Shown: positions 10,038-21,524 of the stretch, one piece after another
Layout: every line of letters starts with the position of its first letter
Numbering within the stretch: the stretch's first letter is position 1
From: Nitrosopumilaceae archaeon
GTDB taxonomy: Archaea; Thermoproteota; Nitrososphaeria; Nitrososphaerales; Nitrosopumilaceae
DNA: 64,000 bases
Direction: 5' to 3'
Assembly (NCBI GenBank): GCA_965208905.1
Contig: OZ242365.1
Span: 576,001 to 640,000 of the forward strand
Notes under the pieces: generated by a model
Told to the model about the DNA's origin: nothing
What the model saw: only the letters and a program-made list of their open reading frames with translations
Databases searched by the model: none
Program-made: the position numbers and the translations under genes

Positions 10038-10147
10038 CGCGACTGGTCGCATCCCTTAAGCCCCCGAAGCATTCGGAGGATGGCTGTGTTGATGATCCAG
10101 TCAGTCATATCCGCGACTGGTCGCATCCCTTAAGCCCCCGAAGCATT
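10038..10147 (+). repeat. two identical 36-bp direct repeats separated by 38 bp
   Basis: CGCGACTGGTCGCATCCCTTAAGCCCCCGAAGCATT at 10038-10073 and 10112-10147. Confidence 0.9.
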
Positions 10148-10404
10148 ATTGCATAATGACATTTACGGCACGCGCCCCTAAAGGCTCCAGCCGTGTATAG
10201 CCCCTGGCAGGGTAGGACGGACAGCAGGGTATAGTCCCCTAAGATTATGACATGGCCAAGACGGTATAAGACCTCCTGGCGCACATGGCCGCGGTGCGGC
10301 TTGAGTACGCTAGACTGTCCGCTGGCACATAAGCGGAGCAGAGCCTTGTAGCGGCCTGGAATGACGGCCATATTATACGGCGGAAACAAAGGCGCTCACC
10401 CCCG

Positions 10405-11151
10405 TCACTCATTTTTCGTAAACAGGTATACAAACGGGACTAGTCCAAAGAAGCCGCTTGCGACAGTCATGATGCCATCTGCATAGGTGTAGGTTCGGCT
10501 AAGGGCCTCAAGCCCCACCCGCATCTCATAACCTGGTGGCGGCATTCCCCGCTCAGCAACGACCACATACGCCATAACGCCCGCTAGTGTGAGGATTGTC
10601 GCAACCATTACAAAAATGGCATACCAGGCAAGTTTTTTTGCACCAGTTGCATAAAGCGCAACCCCGCCGGAAAACAGTGCATATAACAACGAAACCAGCG
10701 TTTGATTGGCAGGATAGGCAACCATCACATATACCAAGAATGCAGCGACTGTGACCCAACCAAGAAGCGCCCCCCTTAGAGACTTGGTGAGCGACAGGGA
10801 AATCCACACGACTACCAATATTAAGCAAAATATCGCCATATCGTACGTCACTGAGGCAATTTGTGACATGGTAAAAGACACTAGTACTGTAACAGTGGCG
10901 ACAATTCCAGTGTAAGTTATGGCGGTCTTGCGCGATTCTCTAGTTTCATAAAACAGGACTAACGAGACCGCAGTAAATGATAAGCTGGCCGGAGCAAAGA
11001 GGACAAGGTGGAATGATTGGAAAGAGTGGGCGCAGTCAATAAAGTCAAGGGGCCATAGGTAGCAGCCAAGAAACGCCGCAGACAGGTACGTCGCAGCGAT
11101 TCCACCCACTACCGCATATGGCCGGAGGTCTCCCCGCTTGTTCATGAACAT
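10405..11151 (-). CDS. multi-pass membrane protein
   Basis: 248 aa with about 8 hydrophobic segments. Confidence 0.65.
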   Translation of the reverse strand: MFMNKRGDLRPYAVVGGIAATYLSAAFLGCYLWPLDFIDCAHSFQSFHLVLFAPASLSFTAVSLVLFYETRESRKTAITYTGIVATVTVLVSFTMSQIASVTYDMAIFCLILVVVWISLSLTKSLRGALLGWVTVAAFLVYVMVAYPANQTLVSLLYALFSGGVALYATGAKKLAWYAIFVMVATILTLAGVMAYVVVAERGMPPPGYEMRVGLEALSRTYTYADGIMTVASGFFGLVPFVYLFTKNE

Positions 11152-11227
11152 ATACTACTTTAGAATCGGTTGTTTGTAAGCTGTCATGTTTTAACCATGC
11201 CATCTGCCAATAGAACGCATAGTATGG

Positions 11228-11389
11228 TAACAGCTCGCCGTTGTGAAGTTGGTTTATATACTAAAATTATACTTGTTCAGGCCAGCATGGTATCCATGCG
11301 TAAAAAGCAGTCTTTTGCTTGAAGAAATAGACATAACCTGACCAAGTATCAGGTTTTTTCACGCCTAGCTTCACAACGGCGAGCTGTTA
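11228..11389. mobile_element. MITE with 21-22-bp perfect TIRs and an 8-10-bp TSD
   Basis: (G)TAACAGCTCGCCGTTGTGAAG ... CTTCACAACGGCGAGCTGTTA(C), flanked by CATAGTATGG at 11218-11227 and 11390-11399. Confidence 0.9.
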
Positions 11390-11725
11390 CATAGTATGGG
11401 AAAAACTGATATCTTTTGCCTCTCATGTGTGGCAGTGTTCAACATTTGACGGGGTTGGTGCGTAATTCTTTTGCCCGAACCATTCCGATATTGGTTGGGG
11501 GTGTCGGGTAGTTTGACCAAATCTCGGAGTACGGGCAGAAACTAGGGTTGAACACGGCAGATACCCAAATAGACCGGTACAAAAGTGGATGGTGTGAATT
11601 ACGCACCAACCCATGTCTTATGAGGAGACTTTCAACTATACGGAACCAAAAAAACGATACCAAATTATCCCGAATCCCAGAGATGTTACGTACGATCAGC
11701 TTCAAAAAGCAAAACAGTTTCAAAT

Positions 11726-14700
11726 TTACTTGCTTTCAGTTCCCTTGGCGGCGGTCCACCCGTCTGCCAGAACCTCTGCCTGCTCCAGAACGGTCCTAGT
11801 AGCCTTCTCTTGTTTGTCCGGGGGATACCCGTACTTGCGCAGTACCCGCTTCACTAGTATGCGCAGCCTGGCCCTCACACTCTCCCGGATGGTCCAGTCT
11901 ATGGTTACGTTGTTTTGAACCGTCTTAACCAGATCCTGGGCTATGATGCGCAGCGTATCGTCTCCCAGCACCTGAACGGCGCTATCGTTAGTCTCCAGCG
12001 CATCATAGAAGGCCACCTCGTCATCGGTCAGCCCCAGCCGCTCGCCCCGCGCTTTTGCCTCGCACATCTCTTTGGCAAGTTGTATCAGCTCCTCAATGAC
12101 CTGCGCCGCCTCAACCGACCGGTTGTGATACCGGCGCAGTGTACGCTCCAGCATCTCCGCAAAGGATCTGGCCTGCACCACGTTCTTGCGCCGCCGCTCA
12201 ACTATTTCTGCGTTCAGTAGCTTTTGCAGTACGTCCACGGCTAGGTTCTGCTGGGGCATTCTGCGCACCTCCTCTAGAAACTCGTCCGACAGTATGGATA
12301 TATCCGGCTTGTCCAGTCCTGCAGCTGCAAAGATATCCAAGACTCCCTTTGACTCGATTGCTCTGGATACTATCTCGCGGATTGCCCTCTCCAGATCCCC
12401 ACTGGCGTTCTTCCCATCTGCGGCCTTTCTAGCCAAGGCTCCGCGCACCGCTTGGAAGAATCCCACCGCATTGCGTATATCCTCTGCCTCATCTCTGGTG
12501 GAAGCTAGGGCGTAGGCTCGGGTGAGCCTAGTCACCGCCTCATTATACCGTACCTTGCCGTTGTCCAAAGACAAGATGTGTTCCTGCGCCCCGGGCAACA
12601 TGCCAATGCGCATCTTTGAGTCTCCCCCGACCCATCCAGACCAGTCAAACCCGTGGAACATGGCGCAGCAGACCTCATACGTTTCCAGCATTATTTGGAC
12701 GGCCTTCTCCTGATCGATGGCGGGCTCTCCGGTACCACCGCTCTCCGTGTAGGTTGCCAGGGCACGCTTGAGATCCTGGGCCAGTCCGATATAGTCCACC
12801 ACCAAGCCGCCGGGCTTGTCACGAAAGACCCTGTTCACCCTGGCCACTGCCTGCATCAGGCCATGACCGCGCATGGGCTTGTCCACATACATGGTGTGCA
12901 AGCTGGGCGCATCAAAGCCAGTAAGCCACATGTCCCGCACCAGCACTATCCGGAACGGATCGTCTACACGGCGGAAACGGTTGGCCAACGCTTCCCGCTG
13001 GGACTTGCTTCGTATATGCTGCTGCCATGCAGGCGGATCCGTGGCAGATCCTGTCATCACCACCTTGATGATGCCTTCTTCGTCTCTTTCATCATGCCAG
13101 TCGGGGCGCAAGCGCACCAGCTCCTGATAGAGATCAACGCAGATGCGCCTGCTCATGCAGACTATCATCGCCTTACCCTCCAGCGTCTGGCAGCGTCGCT
13201 CCAGATGGCCTATTATATCCTTAGCCACCAATCTGAGGCGTTTTTTGGCTCCTACGACCGACTCAAGTCGCGCCCATTTGGTTTTTAGGCTCTCCTTGTG
13301 CTCAGTTTCTTCACCCTCGGTGATCTCCTCAAAGTCTTCGTCAATGGTCGGACGCTCCCCTTCATTTAGGGACAGCTTGGCCATGCGGCCCTCATAGTAT
13401 ATGGGGACGGTGGCACCATCATCGACAGAGCGCTGTATGTCATATATGCTGATGTGTTCGCCAAAGACGGCGCGGGTATTGGCATCGTTTAACTCGATTG
13501 GCGTGCCAGTAAATCCGATGAACGACGCGTTGGGCAGCGCATCACGCATGTGGCGCGCAAAACCATCTATGAAATCGTACTGACTGCGATGGGCCTCATC
13601 GGCGATAACCACTATGTTGCGGCGTTCCGACAGCGCGGGGTGACGGTCACCCTTCTCGGACGGAAAGAACTTTTGGATGGTCGTAAAGATTACTCCACCC
13701 GACTCCACCGACAGCCTGTGGCGCAGGTCCGCCCTGCTATCGGCCTGGACCGGAGGCTGACGTAGCAGGTCCTGACACCTGGAGAATGTTCCAAATAACT
13801 GATCATCTAGGTCGTTGCGGTCAGTTATAACTACGATTGTAGGGTTTTCCATTGCAGGTTCCCGGATTATCGCCCCCGCATAAAACGCCATGGTCAGGCT
13901 CTTGCCGGATCCCTGAGTATGCCAGACCACGCCGATGCGGCGGTCCCCAAGAGAACCTCCGTGCCGGTCTCCTGACTTGCCATTATATCGACCACCTAAA
14001 GTGTCACCGTCATTCCGACTTGCCGCCGCGCGGATAGTCTCGCCCGTGGCGACACGTACCGCATGGAACTGATGGTATCCGGCCATCTTCTTGGTGATGG
14101 AGCCTGCGCCGTCATCATCAAAGACGATAAAATCGCGTATCAAAGATAGGAAACTGTTCGGCTCGGCTATCCCGTACAGCATAGTTTTAAGCTCAGTCAC
14201 GTTATTTGTAGAATCTGCTCCGGGCAAGTCTCGCCAGGGCTTGAACCACTCCCACTCGGAGGTGATGGTTCCAACCCGCGCCTCTGTGACATCAGACACC
14301 ATCAGCATCTCATTCATCGAAAAGAGTGTTGGTAGCTCCGTCTTGTACGTCTGTAGTTGCTGTCGGGCCATACGAGTGGTGGCGTTGGGGTCGGTGGGAT
14401 TCTTGAGCTCTATTATACACAAGGGTAGACCGTTGACAAACAGTATGATGTCCGGCCTGCGCCGGTGACGGTTCTCGGTTACGGTAAACTGATTGGTTGC
14501 CAGCCAGTTATTGTTGCCAGGGTTTTCTACGTCAAGTATGCGCACCTGCGCACCCCTGACGGCTCCACTTTTATCGCGGTACTCGACGTTTACGCCGTTG
14601 ACCAGCATTAGGTGGAAGGCGCGGTTGCGCACCTCCACAGTGGCCCCTTCAAGACGAGTGAGTTTGTGGAAGGCATCTGTCAATGCAGACGCAGGCAAGT

Positions 14701-14881
14701 CCGGATTCAGCTGGACCAGCGACTCCCGTAATCGACGCTCCAAAATTACCTGACCGTAATCGTCTCGCTCAGCGCCGGTAGCCTCGGGTGCTATGTGAGA
14801 GCCGCGAACCACCTGCCAACCGAGCTCGGCTAACCAATCAAGGCACACTTCTTCAACGTTAGATTCGGAGAGCTGATTCAT
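11726..14881 (-). CDS. hsdR: type I restriction endonuclease subunit R
   Basis: [18 protein letters not shown] nuclease motif, [25 protein letters not shown]. Confidence 0.97.
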   Translation of the reverse strand: MNQLSESNVEEVCLDWLAELGWQVVRGSHIAPEATGAERDDYGQVILERRLRESLVQLNPDLPASALTDAFHKLTRLEGATVEVRNRAFHLMLVNGVNVEYRDKSGAVRGAQVRILDVENPGNNNWLATNQFTVTENRHRRRPDIILFVNGLPLCIIELKNPTDPNATTRMARQQLQTYKTELPTLFSMNEMLMVSDVTEARVGTITSEWEWFKPWRDLPGADSTNNVTELKTMLYGIAEPNSFLSLIRDFIVFDDDGAGSITKKMAGYHQFHAVRVATGETIRAAASRNDGDTLGGRYNGKSGDRHGGSLGDRRIGVVWHTQGSGKSLTMAFYAGAIIREPAMENPTIVVITDRNDLDDQLFGTFSRCQDLLRQPPVQADSRADLRHRLSVESGGVIFTTIQKFFPSEKGDRHPALSERRNIVVIADEAHRSQYDFIDGFARHMRDALPNASFIGFTGTPIELNDANTRAVFGEHISIYDIQRSVDDGATVPIYYEGRMAKLSLNEGERPTIDEDFEEITEGEETEHKESLKTKWARLESVVGAKKRLRLVAKDIIGHLERRCQTLEGKAMIVCMSRRICVDLYQELVRLRPDWHDERDEEGIIKVVMTGSATDPPAWQQHIRSKSQREALANRFRRVDDPFRIVLVRDMWLTGFDAPSLHTMYVDKPMRGHGLMQAVARVNRVFRDKPGGLVVDYIGLAQDLKRALATYTESGGTGEPAIDQEKAVQIMLETYEVCCAMFHGFDWSGWVGGDSKMRIGMLPGAQEHILSLDNGKVRYNEAVTRLTRAYALASTRDEAEDIRNAVGFFQAVRGALARKAADGKNASGDLERAIREIVSRAIESKGVLDIFAAAGLDKPDISILSDEFLEEVRRMPQQNLAVDVLQKLLNAEIVERRRKNVVQARSFAEMLERTLRRYHNRSVEAAQVIEELIQLAKEMCEAKARGERLGLTDDEVAFYDALETNDSAVQVLGDDTLRIIAQDLVKTVQNNVTIDWTIRESVRARLRILVKRVLRKYGYPPDKQEKATRTVLEQAEVLADGWTAAKGTESK

Positions 14882-15402
14882 AGTATGTTATTTCCCATCT
14901 GCCGAAATATTATTTTGGTGCAATCAAGTACAAACCTCGCCTGTCGCTCTCGCAACATTTCATATGGATTGATGCAACGGATGTTAAGGCCTAAACATGC
15001 ATTCGGAATCTTGATCTTTTTGGTGGTATTGGCAGGAATCTCGTGTGTAACCACGATACAATTGTACTTTAGTGCATAAGCAACAAGCCAGTAGTCTGCA
15101 ACCTGTAGGAATGTAGCAACTGCTGCAGAGTCATAGCCTTGACTGGTTGCCCAATGACTGACTTTGTTGAGGGTTGGGATAATGGTTGAATCCGGACGCA
15201 GAAAGAACGTCTCTCCATGCTCCTTGGCCCATTCTGAAAGATCGTCTACACCGGCGCGTATCTCATACCCAACCTGCTCTATACTTGCCACATTTCCTGC
15301 CTTGTTTTCCCTGATTAGCCAGTCCCAGAATGCCGGAACAAAATCGAATCCATAGTGTAGATTCTTTGCCTGAATGAGAACATTCGCATCAAGTAAATAC
15401 AT
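14878..15402 (-). CDS. DUF4411-family PIN-like protein
   Basis: [49 protein letters not shown]. Confidence 0.85.
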   Translation of the reverse strand: MYLLDANVLIQAKNLHYGFDFVPAFWDWLIRENKAGNVASIEQVGYEIRAGVDDLSEWAKEHGETFFLRPDSTIIPTLNKVSHWATSQGYDSAAVATFLQVADYWLVAYALKYNCIVVTHEIPANTTKKIKIPNACLGLNIRCINPYEMLRERQARFVLDCTKIIFRQMGNNIL

Positions 15403-15404
15403 GG

Positions 15405-16556
15405 TTAAACTGCCACCCCGGCTTTTCGTCCGAGTTCTTTGAGTGTCTTGACCCTTTTGATGCCCAGCATGCGGAATGCATCTCGGTAGAGTGTTTGTCC
15501 TTCAAGCGTACTAACTACCAGTGCACTAACGAATCTGTGCCCGACGCGAGAGAGAGTAAGCCTGTAAAAGTCTCCACCGCTACTATTCTGATCTGATGCC
15601 TGAAATTGTGCAATCTCACGATCCCAGCATGATTCAAAATCTGCACGGTCAATCCATTCTGCATCCAGAAGCCGTCGCAGTATGACCAGCGTACTGACCT
15701 TGAATGTACGCGCCAGACGCGATATGGTGTCGGGTAAAGACTCTTTATTGTTCAGTTCGGCGCCCAAAATGTCCAGCGGTACCAAAAATTCGGCGGCCAC
15801 CTTGTTACACCACTCCTCTTTGAGCAGGGGAGACTGTGTGGGCTTTACCCCCATGTTTGACAGGGCCGAAGATCCGAGCCAGATGTGAGCAAGTTCGTGT
15901 GCAAGCGTAAATATCTGCGCCGCCTTTGTATCGGAGCCGTTAATGAAGACTAGCGGTGCAAACGGATCAGATAGTGCAAAACCGCGAAACTCAGAGATGT
16001 CAAGACTGCGGTGATTGTTGCCCATTACCACCCCGCCGACCATTACAAGTACGCCTGCCCTATCAGCCTTTTGTATGAACAGGCGCAAAGCGTCAGTCCA
16101 TGAAGAGCATTCATTACGATCTTTAGCCTCAAAGTCAAGCGTATTGCGCATACGGGCCGCAACATTACTTGGCGACATGTCATGAGTGGCGCTACCGACA
16201 AATTCATGCTTAGAATGTTGTGACACGCGGGCGAACTCCCGATACCAACTCTGTCGTTCCTGACAGGTATGTATGGTGTCAATCAGGTCCGGACTCGGAC
16301 GGCTTACGGTCTGCCCATGCATGGTACGAAAGTCCGGAATGGGCAACGACTCTTTGGGCGGCTCACTCAGAAACAGATAGCCCACCGGAACGTGGACGGC
16401 ATCAGCGAATGCCTCTATCTGTCTGAGTGTGGGCTCTGCTTCTCCCGTCTCCCATTTATTCAACTTCTTGAACTTACCGGTCAAGTCCCCCTGTGCAAGG
16501 CCGGCGCGCTCCCGTGCCCATTTCAGGAGATGCGGGTTGACCGTGACACTGATCAT
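15405..16556 (-). CDS. XRE-HTH plus ImmA/IrrE (M78) metallopeptidase
   Basis: N-terminal HTH (LKWARERAG...WETGEAEPT) and FTLAHELAH zinc motif. Confidence 0.9.
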   Translation of the reverse strand: MISVTVNPHLLKWARERAGLAQGDLTGKFKKLNKWETGEAEPTLRQIEAFADAVHVPVGYLFLSEPPKESLPIPDFRTMHGQTVSRPSPDLIDTIHTCQERQSWYREFARVSQHSKHEFVGSATHDMSPSNVAARMRNTLDFEAKDRNECSSWTDALRLFIQKADRAGVLVMVGGVVMGNNHRSLDISEFRGFALSDPFAPLVFINGSDTKAAQIFTLAHELAHIWLGSSALSNMGVKPTQSPLLKEEWCNKVAAEFLVPLDILGAELNNKESLPDTISRLARTFKVSTLVILRRLLDAEWIDRADFESCWDREIAQFQASDQNSSGGDFYRLTLSRVGHRFVSALVVSTLEGQTLYRDAFRMLGIKRVKTLKELGRKAGVAV

Positions 16557-18184
16557 GAAACCTCCTCCGTAAACTTTCGCACCCGAATCTCTCCCGACAT
16601 CAATTTCGGCAGCAATGTATTCCTCTGAGCTACCAAGGTTCGAGATTCTATACGAATACTCTGGTTTCTGTCCAAAAGTGGTTTCATATGCCTACTCATT
16701 AATTTGAGGGTTACGTTATTTGGGATGGAGATCTTTGCTTCATGGATATGATGCCTCTGTATATGTCCCATGGTTGTTGCTTTATCTGATGCTATGTCCC
16801 GAAAGCCTGCCAAGTGTCGTCTTATTGAATGATAGTATAACCACTTTGGGTAGTCTACTGACTCAACTTTGAACAAATGTTGATTAAGTGCTCCTTCTCC
16901 ACCTGTCCAGATATCCAACACCAAGCTTCCGGACCAAGAAAATAACACATCCCCATCATGTATTTGGTATTGTTTAGGTATATTTCGACTTGCCACATTA
17001 GCTCTGTGTGTATTGCCGGCTCTTAACTGAGCAATTTTAATAACCGGTAATGATGGTCCGCCATTGGCCGGATACTTCTGCAATGCGAGACCGTTCAAAA
17101 ACGTAGCAATTTCATCCAACGCCTTTACTACCCACCCCTCCGGTATTTCACCAAGTTCCGAGTCCACCAAACGGTCTGGAAACATATCGTAATACTCGGC
17201 GGGAAGTCCTAAAAGTGACTCTCCCTGCTTCCAGCGCCCGTCCATCTTGGCACGAACGGGATCAAAGTCAACAAACCACGATTTGAACAGTGTACGGGCC
17301 ATCTCTTCCAGTGTTTGGTTCATTCGGCAGTTCAGCTCAATCTTGTCGTCCAGTGTTCTTAGGGTGTGCGCTATGCTACGCTGTTCATCCAGGGGTGGAA
17401 GCGGTATCTCTACAAAGCCGATATCGGTCTTACGCAATCCAAACCGTGTTATCCCATTCGCATATGATTGAAACTGATGCCGAGCCTCAACCGTATTCAG
17501 TGCATAGTACAGATAATTTCCATCGATCTTTGGAGTAGGACGGAGTATTGTAAGATGATAACCGCAGACTAGATTTGGTATATCGCCACGGACAAGAGCC
17601 GGCACACCAATGTCGTCGTGCTTTTCTGAGTCCTTGGTGATGATTACGTCACCATCTGACAGCAGACATTTGAAGATCTCATTTTCGGTTGCAGTAGCTG
17701 TCATAAAATCCATATCTGCATTAATGAAGGTATTATTATACACGTCTGTGTAGTTGCAGAGTCGGACCGGGCGTTCACCTTTTTTGGTTTTTTTATCTAC
17801 ACCACTTATTCTGAGATCAACAACATCCCTTAGTGAGACCATATGCCAGTTGTTTTCAGTATTACCCCTATCTTTTGTTATCGGAAAGATTATCTTCTGT
17901 GCATCTACGATCTGTCTGAAACCGTCAGTAACTTGGCTGAGGTCTATGACATCTACCTTGTACGGGATATCGGACTCCTCAAAGGCCGTCTCCAGCACCA
18001 CCATAACACCATAATCCAAGGCCGAGTCGCCCTCCAGCGCCAGATCCAAATCAGAAGAGTCCCTTGTGGTCCAGTCGGCTCTGCTCCCGAACACCCAGAC
18101 TTTAACGCCTACCGGAAGATATTTGCGCAAAATGTCAAGTATCATATCCATATGGTTTGGACTGATGTCAACTGGACTGCTCAA
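16553..18184 (-). CDS. hsdS: type I specificity subunit with an N-terminal fused minimal nucleotidyltransferase (MNT)
   Basis: first ~100 aa carry VWVFGSRA...SDLDLAL...KVDVID; then two TRDs with IPLPPLDEQ, GEIPEGW and LLPKLMSGEIRV, all in one frame. Confidence 0.92.
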   Translation of the reverse strand: MSSPVDISPNHMDMILDILRKYLPVGVKVWVFGSRADWTTRDSSDLDLALEGDSALDYGVMVVLETAFEESDIPYKVDVIDLSQVTDGFRQIVDAQKIIFPITKDRGNTENNWHMVSLRDVVDLRISGVDKKTKKGERPVRLCNYTDVYNNTFINADMDFMTATATENEIFKCLLSDGDVIITKDSEKHDDIGVPALVRGDIPNLVCGYHLTILRPTPKIDGNYLYYALNTVEARHQFQSYANGITRFGLRKTDIGFVEIPLPPLDEQRSIAHTLRTLDDKIELNCRMNQTLEEMARTLFKSWFVDFDPVRAKMDGRWKQGESLLGLPAEYYDMFPDRLVDSELGEIPEGWVVKALDEIATFLNGLALQKYPANGGPSLPVIKIAQLRAGNTHRANVASRNIPKQYQIHDGDVLFSWSGSLVLDIWTGGEGALNQHLFKVESVDYPKWLYYHSIRRHLAGFRDIASDKATTMGHIQRHHIHEAKISIPNNVTLKLMSRHMKPLLDRNQSIRIESRTLVAQRNTLLPKLMSGEIRVRKFTEEVS

Positions 18185-18185
18185 A

Positions 18186-18608
18186 TTATCCGTTCAACTC
18201 TTGCAGTCTATACAGAACATATCTTGCTTCATCCAAAAAGTTTACGGCACTTTCAAAAACTTTTTGCGCCTTGTCTTCATCATATGTATGACTAGTAATT
18301 CCCCGCCGTTTGCGGTACTCGCACCAGACAGAGACATCCGACTTTGCTATATCTTTTCCATGTGCCACTCGTATTATATCATTAAATGTCATGTCATCAA
18401 TCTCTTTTGGATTTTGCAAAGACATTACAATGCGACGCTTAATCATCTTGAACGTTAATTCATACGTATACTCAAAAGCCTGTATCGTTGCACTGCGAAA
18501 ATACTTTTTGGTCTCCGGCATACTTTCAGCTAGCTCGGAATTATACATATCCAACGACCCCCCCAATTGGGAAATGGCTTTTTGCAACGGTGTGAGTTCA
18601 AGTCTCAT
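18186..18608 (-). CDS. HEPN protein (HI0074-like nucleotidyltransferase substrate-binding family)
   Basis: [15 protein letters not shown] and RGITSHTY (RxxxxH). Confidence 0.9.
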   Translation of the reverse strand: MRLELTPLQKAISQLGGSLDMYNSELAESMPETKKYFRSATIQAFEYTYELTFKMIKRRIVMSLQNPKEIDDMTFNDIIRVAHGKDIAKSDVSVWCEYRKRRGITSHTYDEDKAQKVFESAVNFLDEARYVLYRLQELNG

Positions 18609-20203
18609 GTCGTATTACCATACAATCCAAACAACTTTAAGTTTTGGTTAATTTTTTTATCCAGTTTCTTTGCCTCTGCTTGCTGCTGTATCAACTGCGC
18701 CGCTAATCTGGACATCTTTTGCTCGAACGGCTCGCCATCATCAGGCTGTGGCTCGGCTCCAACATATCGGCCCGGAGTAAGAATATAGTCGTGCTTGCGT
18801 ATTTCATCAAGTTTGGCACTCTTGCAGAATCCGGGCTTATCGGCGTATTTGTCTGTGTTTTGGTCACCACGCCAGGCGGCATACGTGCGGGCTATACGGT
18901 TTATGTCATCACCGGTCAGCTCGCGATGGGTTCGGTCCAACATCCGGCCCATACTGCGGGCATCAACAAACAGCACCTCGCCCCGCCGGCGATGCCTTCT
19001 TGTACGATCCCTAGACAAAAACCACAGGCAGGCGGGTATCTGGGTCGAATAGAAGAGCTGGCCAGGCAGTGCCACCATGCAGTCCACAAGGTCCGCTTCC
19101 ACCAAACTCCTGCGAATATCGCCCTCGCCGGACTGTTTGGATGACATTGAACCGTTGGCCAGTACAAACCCCGCCACACCGGAAGGTGCCAGATGGTGCA
19201 CCATGTGCTGCACCCAGGCAAAGTTGGCATTGCCCTTTGGCGGAGTTCCATAGACCCAGCGTCGGTCATTTTGTAGACGTTCGCCTCCCCACTCCGAGAC
19301 GTTAAAGGGCGGATTGGCCAAGATAAAGTCTGCCTTCAGGTCCAGGTGCTGGTCGTTGTGGAAACTGTCCCCGTGGGTTATCTGGCCCGCATCTATACCG
19401 CGTATGGCTAGGTTCATCTTGGCCAGTTGCCATGTGGTATAGTTTGATTCCTGACCATATATGGATATGTCCCCCACGGCTCGGCCCCCGTTACCGTTTC
19501 CGCTAGCGTGGGCGTGGATAAATTCGACTGACTGTACAAACATCCCTGCAGATCCGCAGCAGGGGTCGTAGACGCGCCCATTGTACGGTTGGAGCATCTC
19601 GACCAGCAACCTAACTACGCTCCGGGGCGTGTAGAACTCACCGCCTTTCTTGCCCTCGGCATTGGCAAACTGCGAGAGAAAGTATTCGTAGACACGGCCT
19701 AGCACGTCTTTGGATCTGGCCTCCTCATCACCCATACTTATGTTGCTGATCAGGTCAATTATCCTGCCCAGGCGCGTCTTGTCCAGGGACGGTCGGGCAT
19801 AGTTCTTTCGCAATACGTCCTTGATGGCCGGGTTCTCCCTTTCGATGGATGCCATGGCGCCATCTACAATCTGGCCGATTGTGGGTTGGCGAGCCTGGGC
19901 CTTGATATTTGACCAGCGGCCTTCAGGCGGCACCCAGAATATATTCTGGGCGCGGTACTCGTCGGGATCTTCAGGATCGGCATTCTGTTCCGTGTCCAGT
20001 CTGGCTTTGGCTTCCTCAAAGGCATCGGACACATATTTTAGAAAGATGAGGCCCAAGACGACATGCTTGTATTCGGCAGCATCCATGCTGCCCCTCAGCG
20101 TGTCGGCCATCTCCCACATCTCCGCCTCGATTACCGATGTGTTGTCGGCAGAAGATTTGGTTGCCTGCTTGTAACCAACTCGTTTATGCTCCGTTCTTGT
20201 CAT
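18605..20203 (-). CDS. hsdM: type I N6-adenine methyltransferase subunit M
   Basis: [24 protein letters not shown]. Confidence 0.97.
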   Translation of the reverse strand: MTRTEHKRVGYKQATKSSADNTSVIEAEMWEMADTLRGSMDAAEYKHVVLGLIFLKYVSDAFEEAKARLDTEQNADPEDPDEYRAQNIFWVPPEGRWSNIKAQARQPTIGQIVDGAMASIERENPAIKDVLRKNYARPSLDKTRLGRIIDLISNISMGDEEARSKDVLGRVYEYFLSQFANAEGKKGGEFYTPRSVVRLLVEMLQPYNGRVYDPCCGSAGMFVQSVEFIHAHASGNGNGGRAVGDISIYGQESNYTTWQLAKMNLAIRGIDAGQITHGDSFHNDQHLDLKADFILANPPFNVSEWGGERLQNDRRWVYGTPPKGNANFAWVQHMVHHLAPSGVAGFVLANGSMSSKQSGEGDIRRSLVEADLVDCMVALPGQLFYSTQIPACLWFLSRDRTRRHRRRGEVLFVDARSMGRMLDRTHRELTGDDINRIARTYAAWRGDQNTDKYADKPGFCKSAKLDEIRKHDYILTPGRYVGAEPQPDDGEPFEQKMSRLAAQLIQQQAEAKKLDKKINQNLKLFGLYGNTT

Positions 20204-20556
20204 AATCTATCATACAAGTAGTTCTTTTTACTACTTTATGCTTACGGATGCTGTCAGAAGGTGGAGATGTGTCAATTTACGTCTAGATGTCAGGCAGGAA
20301 AGATTCCCTAGGTTCACCCTCCGCAGCACGAAATTTAGGACCTACGTTTCTACCCCAGGCGCTATTTTTTAACAGGCGCTACTAACCTGACAGTCCGGTC
20401 TTTTTACAAGCACCAGCCAGGCTATCGGGCTCGTAAACGTTGTATAACCCCGGTCGTCGCCACGTACAAACTTGGGCTTTCATTCACCACAAGTGACAAA
20501 CAGCGTAGTTGCGTATCACTGCCATCCCATTCCATGTATCTTGAATGTACTGTATA

Positions 20557-20582
20557 CTATCGGATCCTATTGTCCGCTAGTA
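20557..20582 (+). repeat. right copy of the 26-bp att-like repeat (11-6-11 dyad when read from 20555)
   Basis: TACTATCGGAT CCTATT GTCCGCTAGTA; the arms are near-inverted repeats. Confidence 0.75.
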
Positions 20583-21524
20583 CGCTCCACCTACATCACG
20601 GGACTCTGGTCCAGATTGTTCTAGATGCCACCACTAGTGGGAAGCCTGTGCATGATTTTTTGATATCATAAACATTACTTCAAAAAACAAAACACTTTCC
20701 TATACTAATTGTCTGGTGAGTTTGTAATACGTACTTGTATGCTTGTTATTGTGCGGGGTGGCCTCACATTTTGTAGACTTCTGAGATCAGGTGGCCTAAT
20801 TTTGGAACTAAATAATGCACGATTAAATCAACACGTCCCCCTAGACCCGCAGATCTTCTGGCTGAATTCCACTTGTAAATTTGCCATCGATTTTATGCGG
20901 GTCGATCTTAATACGACGGGGGTAAGTTGTTCATATGCCTCCGGACATTATCTAGTTATTTATGATGCCAGATTGTTAGTTGCAGATCCTGCATCATCAC
21001 TCCCGAGTCCGCCCAAACCCCATCTGGTGTTGTTGAGAATTTGTTCCACCTCTACTGCCTTACTAGCCATTCACTCCGCGCAGTTCTTTCTGGAGAACTG
21101 CCATTTCCTCTATGGCGGCTTCGATCATCAGGCGCAACTCATGCAGTTTTTGCCGGTCAGCCTCATTGTCTGCGTTGCGAGCCGCAATTCTAGACATGAT
21201 GCCGAGTGCGGCGCTATAATCGTCGTCACTTTGCTTAGATAGTTTGTCTAGATTCTCTTTAGCCTAGACTTTCTCTCCTATTCGGACAAGGTAGTCTTTC
21301 ATCTCTCTGTACAGGCGGTTTCCTTTGCGGTATGTGCCCCAGACCCGTCAAAAAATGGTGTATTTTAGGTTCCGCTGTGCCGGTGTCCTTTCACCCGCGT
21401 GTGATGAACTCCCCAAACGGGAGAACACGAAATTTGGTCACAGTCGGATAGCTGTGCCGCCAGACACCTGTGAGCGCCAGTCCCGCGCCACCAGTCTTTT
21501 ATAGGTAGGTCGAGTACGGAACGC

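Larger units (their letters stand above)
55..20582. mobile_element. putative integrated element / defence island (~20.5 kb)
   Basis: bounded by 26-bp direct repeats; carries a Rep, TA modules and type I R-M; visibly more GC-rich than the core genes at 34-64 kb; no integrase seen inside. Confidence 0.6.

Noticed and set aside
10038-10147. Calling this a true CRISPR array
   Set aside because: Only two repeats, no leader, no cas genes and no canonical terminus; kept as a repeat.
20311-20335. GGTTCACCCTCCGCAGCACG as another GGTTC TIR
   Set aside because: No inverted partner or TSD found.
20709-21310. 177-aa plus ORF and a broken minus-strand reading (MKDYLVRIG...ELRGVNG)
   Set aside because: The plus ORF looks like a shadow; the minus-strand remnant has stops and no recognisable family.
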